Assembly (NCBI RefSeq): GCF_947568905.1
Contig: NC_079169.1
Location: 92,442,001-92,506,000 of the forward strand
Reading direction: 5' to 3'
DNA length: 64,000 nt
Source of the DNA: Ostrea edulis
Lineage: Eukaryota
Shown: positions 1 through 13,108 of the stretch, in pieces
Layout of the letters: each line of letters opens with the position of its first letter
Numbering within the stretch: the first letter of the stretch is position 1
Program-made: the position numbers and the translations under genes
Notes under the pieces: generated by a model
The model's input: the letters and a program-made list of their open reading frames with translations, nothing else
What the model was told of the DNA's origin: nothing
The model's database searches: none

Positions 1-1094
1 TATATAACTTGTCAAGTCGTTCTGTATTCAAACACACATTATTTACAATCCTACAGCGTGTTCATGAGGAAACGCCTATCATTACATTTTGTAAAATTAT
101 CAAATTTAAGGCAGCTCACTTCATCCAGAAATAGTTTCTCAAATCAGTACGAATTCATTTAATTATAAAAGATGTGATGATATATAATACGTATATATGC
201 CAAAAAGGCAAAAAATATACAAATTTGGATAAAACATGATTTTCAAAAATATATATATTTCAACAAATCTGAGCAAAAGACTCTGGGGGACTTGAACTCG
301 AGATCTGCAGTTCACTAGCCCAATGCTTTAACCACTGAGCTACGATGATAGACAAACAAATCGATGGATACAAATAATTTCACAAAACATGGTGTCATAC
401 GAAGTATAAGCTTTAGTGTAGTGAGATACCTGAAGGCGAAAACATTGAAAATGTAAATGTAACATAATATCTACATTATAGAATTATTGACTTGGCTCGG
501 TGAATATTGTACTTCTCAGGTTGTTAAAGCATCGTATTAACCCTCTTCGATTGACAAGTATCCGATTCGTGTACTCTGGTCATTTGATGAGAGTAAGCGA
601 ATCGGACACTTGGCTAGCGAAGATGCGTATTGACTTAAAATGTCAATAATTGTTTTATTATATGATTGTCTAATTCAAAGCATCTAAACTATAACTGTTA
701 GTACTAAAGCTTACGAAAAGAGACCTGGTCGGCCATCTTTCAAGATCTAGTCGAAAGTGATTAGAGACGCGAGTTTTCATTGGACGAAACATGATCACCA
801 ATCGTATTCATTAAAAATTTCCCAATTTATTTCTAGCTTGATGTTGGAAAAATCAAGTGATATATTTGCTTCGAAGACAGGTGAAGTTGATTCTATATTT
901 TGTAGTTTGTGATTTCCAGCCAACAGAAAATCTACATGTACATAACACAATATCCACGTAATGTGTCTTTATTCATGTTATATAATAACTACACCGTAAA
1001 TATCCATATTTGGGCATTATCTTCTTTTTTTAAAATTATTTTAATCCCAAAAATCTCTACTCACGAGTACTCTGAAGTTCATATCAAAGCAATT

Positions 1095-1660
1095 TAGAGT
1101 TCCTCATGGACAATATCTACCAAGTATTTGGTGCTCAGGTCTTTCAATAATCCGTTGGGATTTCCATGGGCACGAATTGTACTCCTTTTATTAGCCGACA
1201 CATTTGTTTATATTCTAATAAGGTAGAATTTATTCTAAAGCTTCTTGTTGTGACCATCAACTCGACATCTAGATACATCGACGATGTTTTATAAACAGTA
1301 CACTCTTTTATTAATATGTCAATTCGAATCGCAGTGAACTCGATATAAAAGACACCATTGAGTCTTCACTATCAGCCTCATATTTGGATATTTTATTAAA
1401 CATAGACATCAATGAAAAACTAACAACTCAACTTTATGACAAAAAAGATGACTTCATCTTCTCCATCGGTCAATTTCCCATATTTATGTAGCAATATTCC
1501 ATTATCACCTGCATATGGTGTTTATATCACTCAACTGATTGTGCATGTTCTGCATATGATCAATTTCAGGTTACAGACAAATAAGTTGACGTTACAAGGG
1601 CTTCAACAGGAACTTAAAGTCAGCATTTCGCCAACTGTTATTGTCGACTTCCAGTGGTCG
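1095..1660 (+). mobile_element. Penelope-like retroelement (PLE) reverse transcriptase fragment, decayed
   Basis: Broken frames give EFLMDNIY..FG.QVFQ*SVGISMGTNC (RT motif B'), SRYIDDVL (catalytic YIDD) and YDK.DDF...VNFPYLCSNIPLSPAYGVYITQL (RT C-terminal region); stops and frameshifts are present. Confidence 0.75.
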
Positions 1661-3454
1661 AGCGACTATATATGTTATGGTTTTCTGAAGACTACCGTGA
1701 TTAATTGCGGGCCTACAACTCGTATATTATAAAATGATAAACTTAATTATGTATATCAAATATCATCGTTATTACAGTATTTGATTATTCTCTTAAAAAT
1801 CAAATTACGGACAGTTACATTTAAATGTATATTCTGATCCCGTGGTTTGTTAGTTTATATAATAAACACCCCTGCTTTCGCTATAATTCCTTAATTACTG
1901 GGGTTTTTTTGTTTCTTGAGGGGAGGGGGGTGAAGGAGAGTGACATATTCTTATTAAAGAGTTTTTATTAAAACATTTTGTCTTTTTTACCTGGGTTTGA
2001 ATGTTCTAGTTCTCTGAATATTTTCGTTATCGGTGACTAGCAGATGCGGAAGGTCTCCCGGAAGTCTGTACAGACTAGCGATTATCTCACTAAACACAAG
2101 GGAACATTGATCGAGAGCTTCCGATTTAGTGTTCAGGCTTCTGGATTCTATTCACCACACCAGAGAGCAACATGTTAACCCAGTTCACTAAAATCGTAAG
2201 TATAGGGCATTGTTCTGTAAAATCGGTCTGATTTGTCTTCGTATTGATATACATGTATCAAAAATGAACACATATAAATGAAGAGAACTTTGTATATATA
2301 CATTAGGACTGTATGATGTAATATTTTATATATCTTTTTTTTTAAGTATTTACTTCCTGTTTTTAATTGATTTGGGTAACGGCAGCAAGTGAGTCTGTAA
2401 TTAGATAAATATAGCTCCCTAGGATTCTCAAGAGGGACATTAAACAATATACAATCCAATCCCTATGAGAGAAAAAAAATGGTGCGCTTATATTAAATAT
2501 TTTATGTTTCCTGTGAAATAGGCGAGTCTATATGTATATTTCCTGTAAAATCTAGCTGTATTATAGTGTATAGAATGTGGAATTCAACCAGTTGTAGGCA
2601 GATGTAGCTGTATAGTACAATGTTTCCACAGCTCGCACGCTTGTTCCTTATAGTGAATAAAGATAAATATCCCCCAGTCCATTTTCCGCTTTCGTATTGT
2701 GGAGAAAGTAATTAGAGTTAAACAATATATATAGTGAATATTTGAAAGAGTGAGATTTTGTGACAAAGTATTCAAAGACAAATGATAATTATGGTGGTGG
2801 AACTTCCGTTTAAAATCCCAAATGGTGGAAGTGCAAAGCTAATTAGAATTCTTGCAGCGATATTGAGAGGAGAAAAACGGGTATTCATCTTTTCTTTCTT
2901 CGGTATCTTTGTTTTGTTTTGATACGTTACTTTCGAGAATTTTGCACTCATACATTCATGGAGACTCGCCAGCGTTAGGTGGAATGCCACTTTTGACCTA
3001 TGCGTGGCCCTCAAGGCTGTAGCGGTAGAACTTCCTCGTGCCCGACTCTTGACTTTCGTTCGGCAAAAGAAGTCGCTACCTATGTTAAGTTTTACGTCTT
3101 CGATATGACGTGGTGCTACCTCCTCGACCTAAAACGTAAAAGTTTGTCATGAAGTTTGAATTCATTATGCATGTTGCAGTGTACTATTACTGTATGTGTA
3201 ACCATTAGATACAAAACGAGAAACATGTATTTCTCTTACAAAGGATCGGAGAAGGACAATATCATGAAAAGTATCCATTGTGCAATATGTTTACCATTCC
3301 ATTCTCTGATCTTGATACAATGTGTATCATAACAATATCATTTTACTTCTATAAACACTTGCTAAAGTCATGTAAAGTCTTATTATTATTATTTTTTTTT
3401 TTTTGGATATGAAAATGCTTTAAATTACAAAATTTTCGGGATTTTACTTTTTAA

Positions 3455-3932
3455 AGGAACTGGTCCACGTTTTTTCAATTTGTTTCTTTTTTGATGTTAA
3501 AAATTAGAAATATGACAGCCAAAACGTTGACCTTCTGAATGCAAGGATAAAAGCAATATTTTACGTAAACAAAGACTCGATTTTTTATGTTTACAAACAA
3601 ACCAGTGAAATGTTAATTTTGTAATTCAAATCATCTTCATTTTGCAGTCAGACATTTAACTTTTAGATGACACATTTTACCCAAAGAATATTTGAAATGT
3701 GATAGATACAACAAACTTGATCGATATCCATTTCTTTTGAAAACTTCGTACACAATAGCCTACCACAATCTTTATTTACAAAACAAATAATAAATTCTCT
3801 ATCACTAAAATGTGCTTCTTTGATAATGCATAACCTTAATTTTTTGCGAAACCTTTCAAACACATTAGGCAGTAGTTTTTCATCATTAAAAGTGAAAAAA
3901 ATAAATTAGGGGGAAATCTTGAATCAGTCCCT
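3455..3932. mobile_element. Putative non-autonomous DNA transposon (Kolobok-like, TTAA at left flank)
   Basis: Left end ttaa|AGGAACTGGTCCACG; right end GAATCAGTCCCT (reverse complement AGGGACTGATTC). The TIR is imperfect and the right TSD is not clean. Confidence 0.35.
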
Positions 3933-3987
3933 TTTTTTTATTTCTAAAATTTGTATGGAATTGTCTTTGATATCATTATCAGGTTTA

Positions 3988-4460
3988 TTTATTTTGTACG
4001 CCCGTCTAAATATGGTACAGCAATGTACATGTATCTACGTACATCCGTCCGTCCTTCCGCCTGTCCTTCCGTCCGTACGGAGTTTTCTGTTTCTATTTTC
4101 ATTTCTCTATCATATATCAATTAAGCCGAAAATTGCTATATAACTTTTTTGTGGGTCACTCTAGATCATGTGCAATTTTGATCTATTTCGACCTCTTTTG
4201 CAGGAGTTTTGTCCCTTTATTTGAAAACTATTGTTATATGGAGAGTACATAATTTGTCCGACTAACTCCTCTCACAATTTTCAAGTGAGGAGCTTCTTAT
4301 TTTACAGAATGTGTATATTGGTATTGAAGATGTGTATATGACAAGGACTTTGATTTTCGTCAATGTTCAAGAAAATTACGTGTTGTTGAACTTAGTCCGT
4401 TTTGATGAGATATATTAAATAAAGGGCATAGTTTGTGCTTTTAACTCTACACAAATTTGA
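3988..4460 (+). mobile_element. Helentron-associated (HINE-like) element fragment
   Basis: T-rich start ttttgtacgcccgtc, (TCCG)n-like microsatellite at ~4043-4078, then satellite-like body with aactcctctcacaattttca. Confidence 0.5.
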
Positions 4461-4544
4461 AGGTAGGGCCTTTGTAAATAACGTGAAGATATGCATAGTG
4501 CAGAGATTACATAATTAAGAGTAGCGCGAACACGCAAATACATG

Positions 4545-4985
4545 TACCAGAGGTGGGATCAGGTGTCTAGGAGGAGTAAGCATCCCCTGTTGACCATTCA
4601 CATCCGCTGTGAACCCTCTATCTTGGTCAGATAAGCGCAGTAATCAGTATGGAAAGAACGGCGTATGAAACACGCCAGACCACATTCAACCCAATGCCAA
4701 GCTATGTTTGCAATTAAGATCATCCTACCGATTATAGAATTTGCGAAACGCTGATTTTAAACGAGACTGTTGAATCTCTTGTAGCATCAATTATTTTTGA
4801 GTAGCTTGCCTTGATTCAAAACTTGATCATATGCTAAACAGTTTAGAGATATAAACACCATATGCAGGAGATAATGGAATTTTGCTACGTGAATATGGAG
4901 AAGTTGAAATCATCTCGTTTGTCGTAAAGTTGATTTGTTAGTTTGCCGTTAACATCTATGTTCAATGAAATATCTAAATATGAAG
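4545..4985 (-). mobile_element. PLE 3' fragment (RT C-terminus plus 3' UTR)
   Basis: Contains gaggtgggatcaggtgtctaggaggagtaagcatcccctg, shared with copies at 12.3, 17.3, 18.9, 20.6 and 45.7 kb; the minus strand near 4925-4860 reads YDKRDDFNFS. Confidence 0.7.
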
Positions 4986-6556
4986 CAGATATGGAAGACT
5001 CTGTGGTGTCTTGTTTTGAGTTTACTAGTATTTATTGAATCGACATATAAATGAAAATGATTTCAATATGTTCAATATGCCCTTTGAAATTATTAAAAAT
5101 AAAATCGGGAGGCGAGTGATACCTCTTTAACTAGTAAATTATCAAATAAAACCTTATACCCCACATATAGAGTTACATGGCTGCAAATTTCCTCAACATC
5201 CAAGATGTATTCAGTGCGGGGCAATATACATGTATGTATCCCAAAACCCTTATAAATTCCTTTCAAGATTGACTCTAGAGTGCATGCTTCGGCCACAATC
5301 AAGGTAACAGAAATGATCAACCGTATGATGTGTTACAGTTGTGGACCAGTTTTCCAAAGTACAAATGTGTGGATAAAAGGGTCATGTACTCAGATGTTAT
5401 AAACTGATTTGGTTGACCTCGCAGCTCTGCAAAAGAGTCTTAATACGTTTGGTTTGAAAATCAAGAAATAAACAACTACATGTATTTAAAAAAAAAAACT
5501 TCACTGGAGTACTTAGTGGGACAATTACACGATTAAACCTGTGAAGCACGAAAGGCACCATAGTAGATTTGATCACGTACCGCCTAGCGGTGAATTTTTA
5601 AAAAAAGTTATTTATTTATCGTCTAATTAATATACGTATTAATTAATATACGTATTTGAGATATGAAATTAACCATCTTCCGTACATCATGACGACTTCG
5701 TGTTCTAGATACGGATTTTTTCCCCTGGCCTATATTAGTATGTTGTGTTTGGTCACGACCTTATAACCTACTGCAAAACATAAAGCACACGTTTCGAAGA
5801 CGTTATGCTGAACTTACGTAGCTTAGGATTTTTTGACTGAGGATCTCTGTTGTCAAAATTTTGCAAAAAACCTGTTGATATAAATTTTCATTTGAGATGG
5901 CGTTTGAGACAAGGTAAAGGGAAGGGTAGGGGTCAATGAAAGTTTTAAACATTGAGGAATTTCGCGCATTCGTGTTTCACAACTAGTCGTGTTGCTTTGG
6001 ATTTGTTATTGTAGTTGTCTTCTTTTCTAAGTTACTGATAGGTTCTTCTTATCAACGAATTATTGAATTTAATGTGACATTAACCCTCATGAGTTGTTAA
6101 ATCCTTAATGTGATATTAGTTAATGGGTTCATTAAATGTCGTTGTCTGAAACCTTTATTAAACTCGTATAAGTTAATGTAACATTAAATATCTAAACTCT
6201 AATCAAACAATCATTAATGTTTAATACCAATGCAACATAACGTAAATTTAAAAAAGCTCTTTCATATATTCTAATTAGGGTTAATGCCACATTAAATTCA
6301 ATGACTGGTTGATACAATCGGGTCTCGGTCTCTATCTGCTGATAGATGTCCCTACTACGAGCCGATATCAAACGTTATGATTTTTGACCTCCCAAAACAT
6401 CTCTGGAAATTGAAACTGATTTTTGTTTTGGTTGCTTTGATAGCAAAGTAATACAACATGCGCACGCATGCATACACTTTTATTGTTTCCATTTCTCACA
6501 TTACAGGAACATATTTTACAGCACATCTTAATCTTGGAGCTTGCTAGTTGATAAGA

Positions 6557-6775
6557 TTCATTTCTGGTCTATCCGTAAACTTGCAAGCTAATCAGATTTA
6601 CCTCTGGTCTATCCGTAAGCTTACAAGTTAATCAGATTCACCTCTGGTCTATGAGTAAGCTTGTAAGCTAATCAGATTCACGTCTGGTCTATGAGTAAGC
6701 TTGCAATCTAATCAGATTCACTTCTGGCCTATCCGTAAGCTTGCAAGCTACGGTAATCAGATTCACCTCTGGCTC
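6557..6775 (+). repeat. 40-bp tandem array (~6 copies) cctctggtctatccGTAAGCttgcaagctaatcagattca
   Basis: Direct inspection. Confidence 0.85.
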
Positions 6776-6974
6776 CGGGCCATAAAGCTCAGACGAGCTT
6801 GTTGTTGATCGATGTCTCTTTTGTTTGCTATATGTTCCTTCTATAAAAGTGAGACTGCGATCAAAAGTGAGCTCGGCTAAATCTTATGGCTCTGAAGCCT
6901 GGTCTAATCCTAAGCCTGGTCTAATCATAAGCCTGGTCTAATTCTAAGCTTGCAAACTAATTTAAACTTCGTTT

Positions 6975-7235
6975 CCTCTTTCTTTCAGTACGGTGCCATG
7001 GAAATATTCTGCAGCCATGTCGTGATCTCTAAATACAAAACAATATCCGACTGAGAGAGAGGAAATACGCCATGAAATGGTAAATCATATCAAAATACAT
7101 TAAAGACGTGTTTTCATTTCGTTTATGTTTATTCTAACTCATGTTGTTAATAATTACTTTCGCAGACCAGCAGTATATTTGAAATAGAATCCATATTTTC
7201 TCACCTGATAATAAATCCGAGAATTCCTATGATTA
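6975..7235 (+). pseudogene. Frameshifted duplicate of the exon and flanking intron at 13520-13780
   Basis: tttcag|tacggtgccatggaaatattctgcagcc... aligns to tttcag|tacggctccgtggaaatattcttcagcc...; a small insertion gives an in-frame TGA; similarity continues ~150 nt into the intron. Confidence 0.7.
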
Positions 7236-7249
7236 TATAGCAAGCTAAT

Positions 7250-7745
7250 TAGACCCACTACTGGTCTATCCGTAAGCTTGCAAGCCAGTTAGATTCACCT
7301 CTGGTCTATGAGTAAGCTTACAAGCTAGTTAGATTCACCTCTGGTCTATGCGTAAGCTTACAAGCTAATAAGATTAACCTCTGGTCTATCTGTAAACTTG
7401 CAAGATAATTATATTCACCTCTGGTCTATGCATAAGCTTACAAGCTAATCAGATTCACCTCTGGTCTATGAGTAAGCATACAAGCTAGTTAGATTAACCT
7501 CTGGTCTATGCGTAAGCTTTCAAGCTAGTTAAATTCACCACTGGGGTATGCGTAAGCTTACAAGCTAGTTAGATTGACCTCTGGTCTATCTTGTAAACTT
7601 GCAAGATAATTATATTCACCTCTGGTCTATGCATAAGCTTGTAAGATAATTAGATTGACCTCTGGTATATGCGTAAGCTTGCGATCTAGTTAGATTCACC
7701 TCTGGTCTATGCGTAAGCTTACAAGCTATAGTTAGATTGACCTTT
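7250..7745 (+). repeat. 40-bp tandem array (~12 copies), same family as 6557-6775
   Basis: Direct inspection. Confidence 0.85.
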
Positions 7746-7863
7746 GGGCGCCACCACCACTACGTTATGTTCCTGTAACTGTGCGGAATTTTAGACTTCG
7801 ATTTATAGACAATAAGAATTTATTGATGCATTGGCAGTTGATGATCCCTATCCCTCGTTCATG

Positions 7864-8110
7864 ATTGATTGATTGATTGGTTGTTGTTTTCCGCCACACA
7901 CAACAAGTTTTCAGTTATCTGGTGGCGCCCAGTTTTTATTGGTGGAAGAGAGAACCCAGATACAATGTACCTGAGAAGAGACCACCGACTTCCCGAAAGT
8001 AAACTGGGAAACTTGCTCACTTACCGGTGCGAGCGGGATATGAACTTGCGCCGACCAGAGGTGAGAGGCCGTGTGATTTTGAGCGCGATGCTCTAACCAC
8101 TCGGCCACGT
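7864..8110 (-). mobile_element. tRNA-derived SINE (CORE-like body, (CAAT)n tail)
   Basis: Minus strand: cgTGGCCGAGTGGttagagc A-box, degenerate B-box aagttcatatccc, body gtcggtggtctcttctcaggtac, tail caatcaatcaatc. Confidence 0.7.
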
Positions 8111-9044
8111 AGCCCGCCCCCTCCCCTGCACCCTTGTTGAAGAAACATAACATTATGTACATCACATTATTGTAACGAATGGCTTTCTTCTTGTATTCAA
8201 GATATTACTACGTTAGTTTAGTCCTTGGCTGATCATTACCACGTATTGATGCTCGTAAATAGCTATTCAATCCGATTGGTCAGTGCTACCTGTGGTATTT
8301 TGCCGGGTACTGAGTTTGATAAGCAAAATAGTGTCCATTGCATTGAAATCAAACAGCCATTTGATGATTAATACGGTAATCAGTGTATGAAAATCTCACT
8401 CTGTAAAGCGAACTGTCAAATTGCTGTAGGAACGATAGTACGTGTATATCTGGTTTCCTGTTGCTTAATTAGGTGTATCGCTTGGGTACATACTCGATTT
8501 TTTTTTATTAATTGAAATTGTAATATTTTGTAAAAGAAATGAAAGGATTAAAAATATTTTACACAGGATACGCTTTGTATTTACATAAAACTCGACTCCC
8601 TAAATCGTGTTTATAAACACGGTGTTAAACTATATCTAGAGTAAGACGAATGCGCAAGGATTTCATAGGACTATGTAGAGCACGTGCAGAGATGAGAGCA
8701 TCAAAGTTTCTAAAATGTGTGTCAATAGCATTCAGCCTTTCGAAATATACTAGCGGGAAAAGAAACTGGGCATTATAAAATTTAGTATAATTTTTCTATA
8801 TTTATTGTTTGTATTCATAGAATCTAAACAATCGATAAAGGTGATATTTTTTAACAATATCGGATAGTACCCGACTCAGATGCACGGACTTTTTCATAGT
8901 TAGTGAACACATGTTGTTTATTGAAGTGTTCGTACGCACGAGTTTTACTGACCAATACTGTTTGGAGTAAGAAGTGTAAAAGGTTTGTTTGGACACTATT
9001 CGTTAAGGAAAGTACTTTAGTTTGACAAAATTTATCCTTCTGTC

Positions 9045-10013
9045 ATGCAACGGCTCAGCGAAAACCAACGTAATCGTGCTGTTGGGATGATTCAAGCTGT
9101 AATGGCACAATATGTCGTAGCAAGACACTTTGGAGTTCATCGGAACACCATCCAGTCATTATGGAGACGTTTCCAACAATCTGGTAACACTCAGGATCGA
9201 CCACGTTCTGGGCGTCCTCGTGTGACGTCGCGTCGACAGGACAACCACATTAGACTTGTGCACCTGAGAAATCGTTTCCAGACAGCAAATTTGACCGCTC
9301 GTAGCATTCCTGGACTTCGACCAATCAGTCCAAAAACTGTGCGTATTCGTCTGCGCGAGCACAACATCAGACCAAGACGTCCAGCAGTGCGCCCAATACT
9401 GCTTCAACGTCATCGTATCGCTAGACTAGTGTGGTGCAGACGACATCTGCGATTCAGAATACAGGACTGGGCCAATATTCTGTTCACTGATGAATCCAGA
9501 TTTCATTTGGATAGCAGTAACAGCCGTTGTAGAGTGTATCGTTGCGTTGGGGAGCGGTATTAGAACGCTTGTGTTGTGCAACGCCGACAATTTGGTGGAG
9601 GTAGCGTTATGGTGTGGGATGGAATAACAGCACGTGGAAGGACCCCTCTACAAATTGTCAATGGAAATCTCACCGCCGTACGCTATGGAGACGAAATTAT
9701 TCAGCGCCATGTGATACCCTTCATACAGAGACAGCAAAATCACATCACTATACAGCAAGACAACGCAAGGCCACATGTTGCACGTGTAGTCAGGGAAATG
9801 GAACGACGTCTACGCCGTTTACCAAATCAGCCAGTGACATTGGCTGATTTATGCCAGGCTTTAACCAACATCTGGAACAGCATCCCTCAAGCATTTCTGA
9901 ACACTTTAGTGACATCAATGAGGCGCCGTTGTCAAGCATGCGTGAATGCAAATGGTGGTCACTTTAACTTTGTTAATCCAAGTTCGAATACCAGTATCTT
10001 TCAAGTGTGCTGA
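9045..10013 (+). pseudogene. Tc1-family transposase pseudogene
   Basis: HTH N-terminus with GRPR, LFTDESRF (D1), GGGSVMVW and QQDNARPH (D2). There is a premature TAG at 9561-9563, and the PDLNPIE segment carrying the third catalytic residue is deleted (PHVARVVR|EMERRLR). Confidence 0.9.
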
Positions 10014-10174
10014 AATTGACGTTATTCGACGTGAACATTAATGGATTATGAAATGTTTAACGAATACATTTGTTAACAGTATTACAAAAAAAAAAGTAAT
10101 AATAAAATATGTTCATTGTTATTTTTTATTATTTTTTCATATTTTAAATAATGCACACTTTCTTTTTTCCGCTA

Positions 10175-11764
10175 CACTCTAAAAATGGTGTTTAGATCCT
10201 AAACACAAAGTTAAACACATTTCTTGTGTACAGTTTTGAACGCGTTCTAAATCTAAACATGTTTAACACTTTTTGTGTTTAGGTTTTAAACATGTTTAAC
10301 ACTTTTTACGTTTAGGTTTTGAACATGTTCAACCCAATGTGTTTAGGTTTTGAACATGTTTAAATCTCTTTGTGTTTAGGTTTGGAACATGTCTAACTAA
10401 TTGTGTTTATGTTTTGAACATGTTTAATTCTTTTTATGTTTAGGTGTAGAACATGTTTAACCCTTATTATGTTTAGGTTTTGAACATGTTTACCCTTATT
10501 GTGTTTAGGTTTTGAACACGTTTACCTCTTTTGTGTTTAGGTTTTGAACATGTTTAGTTCTCCTTGTATTTAGGTTTTGACTTTGTCTCAATTACAAAAT
10601 GATTTGCTAACCTTCTATTTAAAACTCAATCCACAGCATTAAAGAGTCTTAAATAGTAGTTTTCTCTTCTATTATAGGAGAATAACATTGCAAAATCTAG
10701 CAAGAATATCCCTTGTATTACAAACTGTGTCTATGGGATCCATGATGTTTCAAATCGAACAATGCGGGTTTGCGCGGTTCTTCTCAAATTACTTGCAAGT
10801 CCGATAACTCTATTTCTATATTCTAATTGCCGAAACAACACGGTTGACATTTCCGTGATACATGTTAAAGACAAAACCATTAAAAATCACTTATGCACAT
10901 ATAAGAAGTAAACTATACATGGTTAAATATCATCCGGCAAGTACAACTTCAACAATTTTTTTGTCTTTGATATGCTAGTTTTCGCATAACAGGCACTGTC
11001 ACATGTTGAATTAAAAAGGGGGGCATCAATTGCAACTGATGTTCTCTTTCACAAGATTTAAATGAATTTTGTTCCAATGCAAAGTAAGAGTGGTGCATTG
11101 GTTTAAATTAACACTAAAGACACGTCTAATACCAGAGACAATGAATTACACTATTTTTTTTATTCAATATGTATGTGTCCAGACCTGTTCAAGTTGAAAT
11201 GGAATTCCAGATCAAAATTTTCTGGATACTCCTAAACTCTGCTCATTTCCAACAGGAAAGGGTTGAAGCCCATAGACGGCTCTTCTAATGGTTCCATCAA
11301 TTTTGGATATCGACCTCGACAGTGTATACTTGCAATACGGCGTATGATGTACACTATGGTCACTATCGGGGCCTGTTACACTATAGCAGTTTGAAGTATG
11401 GCAATTCTGACATGCAATTTTTTCTGCAATTCGAATTTCATTTACAGAAGACAGGAATATTCTACATGAAGACTGTAAAACTAATGTCAACAATGTAACT
11501 AAGCTTATCATGTTCAAAACCTAAACGCATAGACGTTTAGGATTGTGTTTAGACGTTTAGGATTGTGTTTAGCAAGTGTTTAGCATGTTATTTTGTGTTT
11601 AGATACTGTATTTTTGCATAGCTAAACATGTTCTCAGTCTGAACATGTTTAGGGTAGAACATGTTTATTACACTTCGCGTTTAGGATATAAGCACAATCC
11701 TAAACACGTTTAGACCTAAACACGTTTAAAAAGTGTTCCAAACCTAAACATTGTTTTTAGAGTG
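10175..11764. mobile_element. Non-autonomous CACTA/EnSpm-like element (1590 bp)
   Basis: TIRs CACTCTAAAAATGGTGTTT / AAACATTGTTTTTAGAGTG; TA duplication at 10173-74 and 11765-66; subterminal repeats (aacatgttt..tgtgtttagg) at 10195-10580 and 11515-11750. Confidence 0.8.
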
Positions 11765-11784
11765 TAGTATAGATTTAAAAAGCT

Positions 11785-12086
11785 GCCGCGGTGCTCTGGA
11801 GGTAGAGCGTTCGCCCCGCATGCGGTAGGTCTGGGTTCGAATCCCGGTCGCGGCAGACCTAAGTCGTTAAACAGGTAATGACAGTTCCATAGTCAAACGC
11901 TCGGTATCAGATTTGAATGTTACGTGTCACAGTAGGTGTGTCACGCTAAAGAACTCTCATAGCTCAATGGCCGTAAACGCTGACCATAGGCCTTTTGAAG
12001 CCCTTCATTGGTCTTGGTGACGTCCCCATTTGAGTGAAAAATTCTCGAGAGGGACATTAAATAAGATACAATCAATCAATCAATCG
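11785..12086 (+). mobile_element. tRNA-derived SINE (mollusc type), (CAAT)n tail
   Basis: A-box ggtagagcg, B-box GGTTCGAATCCC, body gtgtcacagtaggtgtgtcacgctaaaga...gagtgaaaaattctcgagagggac, tail caatcaatcaatc. Confidence 0.85.
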
Positions 12087-12329
12087 ACATAGATCAATGC
12101 TAAATCAATTTAGGGAGCAAACATAAAGAAGTAAGAACTGAAAATTTTCGTAGTAACTTTTTTCTCCGAAGCCGTCAACTTTGATAGTTGAGTCACGTGC
12201 AACATGCAAACCTAAATAGTGTTCGTGCCTTGTTTTGAAAATGAAAAGTTGATATGCCTCAAATTCATCATTGTGTCAGTTTTTGATATTTAGGATCGTT
12301 GCTATGTTTTACGTAAGTTAAGGTAAAGT

Positions 12330-12615
12330 TAACGAACAGTGATCAATATCATAACTGCTATAAGCAATACAAAATTAAGAGTTCGGCAAACACGGACCCC
12401 TGAATATACAAGAGGTGATATCAGGTGCCTAGGAGAAGTAAGCATCCCCTGTCGACCGGTCAAACCCGTCGTGAGCCTTGTATCGTGATCAGGTAAACCG
12501 AGTTATCCGTAGTCAAAATCTGTGTGTAAAGATTGCCTAACAATTGTTATGAAACATGTCTGACGGTGTATTGGCAAACTAGATCATTATTACGACCATA
12601 GAATTTGCGAAATAA
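12330..12615 (-). mobile_element. PLE 3' UTR fragment
   Basis: aacgaacagtgatcaat...ggcaaacacggacccc...aggtgcctaggagaagtaagcatcccctgtcgaccggtc, shared with other copies in the window. Confidence 0.7.
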
Positions 12616-13108
12616 ACATATATCAAATACTATTATATTACTAATGGGTATCCAAATATTTGTTTACCAAAATCATGTCCATGCCTCTTTAAAGCTCTCT
12701 GACCAGTCAGGTCCATACCTAAATATATTCTAATTCCATTGCTGTACTTAAGAAACACTTGGTAAAACTGTGTGCTTTATTGAAATATGCTTTTACTTTT
12801 GGTAAGGTATCTGCTTTATGGATATATTTTTAAAATTACTTTGGTAAGGTATCTGCTTTATGGATATTCTTTTACTTTTGGTAATTTACCTGCTTTATGG
12901 AGATATTATTTTACTTTTGTAAGGTACCTTTGGTTGGAGAACATCGTCTGAATAATTACCCACACGTGAATAAATACCCTCACGTGAATATGGAGAATAC
13001 ATGGTAGGTTGCAATTTCAGAAAACTGTTGATCATACCTGTAATTTATGTTGGACAATGGAACACTATTGAAAGAAACTAATTTATTTTGTAATTTTTGT
13101 TGCTATAG

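Larger units (their letters stand above)
8746..11771 (+). mobile_element. Tc1/mariner DNA transposon, defective, with a nested insertion in the right TIR
   Basis: Left TIR tatactagcgggaaaagaaactgggcatta (8746). Joining 10149-10174 to 11767-11771 rebuilds the right TIR, whose reverse complement is tatactagcggaaaaaagaaagtgtgcatta. The transposase ORFs lie inside. Confidence 0.85.

Noticed and set aside
280-345. tRNA-like segments here and at 43222-43290 and 59480-59535
   Set aside because: Incomplete cloverleaf and embedded in repeats; these are SINE or transposon-derived heads, not tRNA genes.
2772-3085. ~105-codon open minus-strand frame with an acceptor-like start
   Set aside because: No recognisable domain or partner exons; could be chance.
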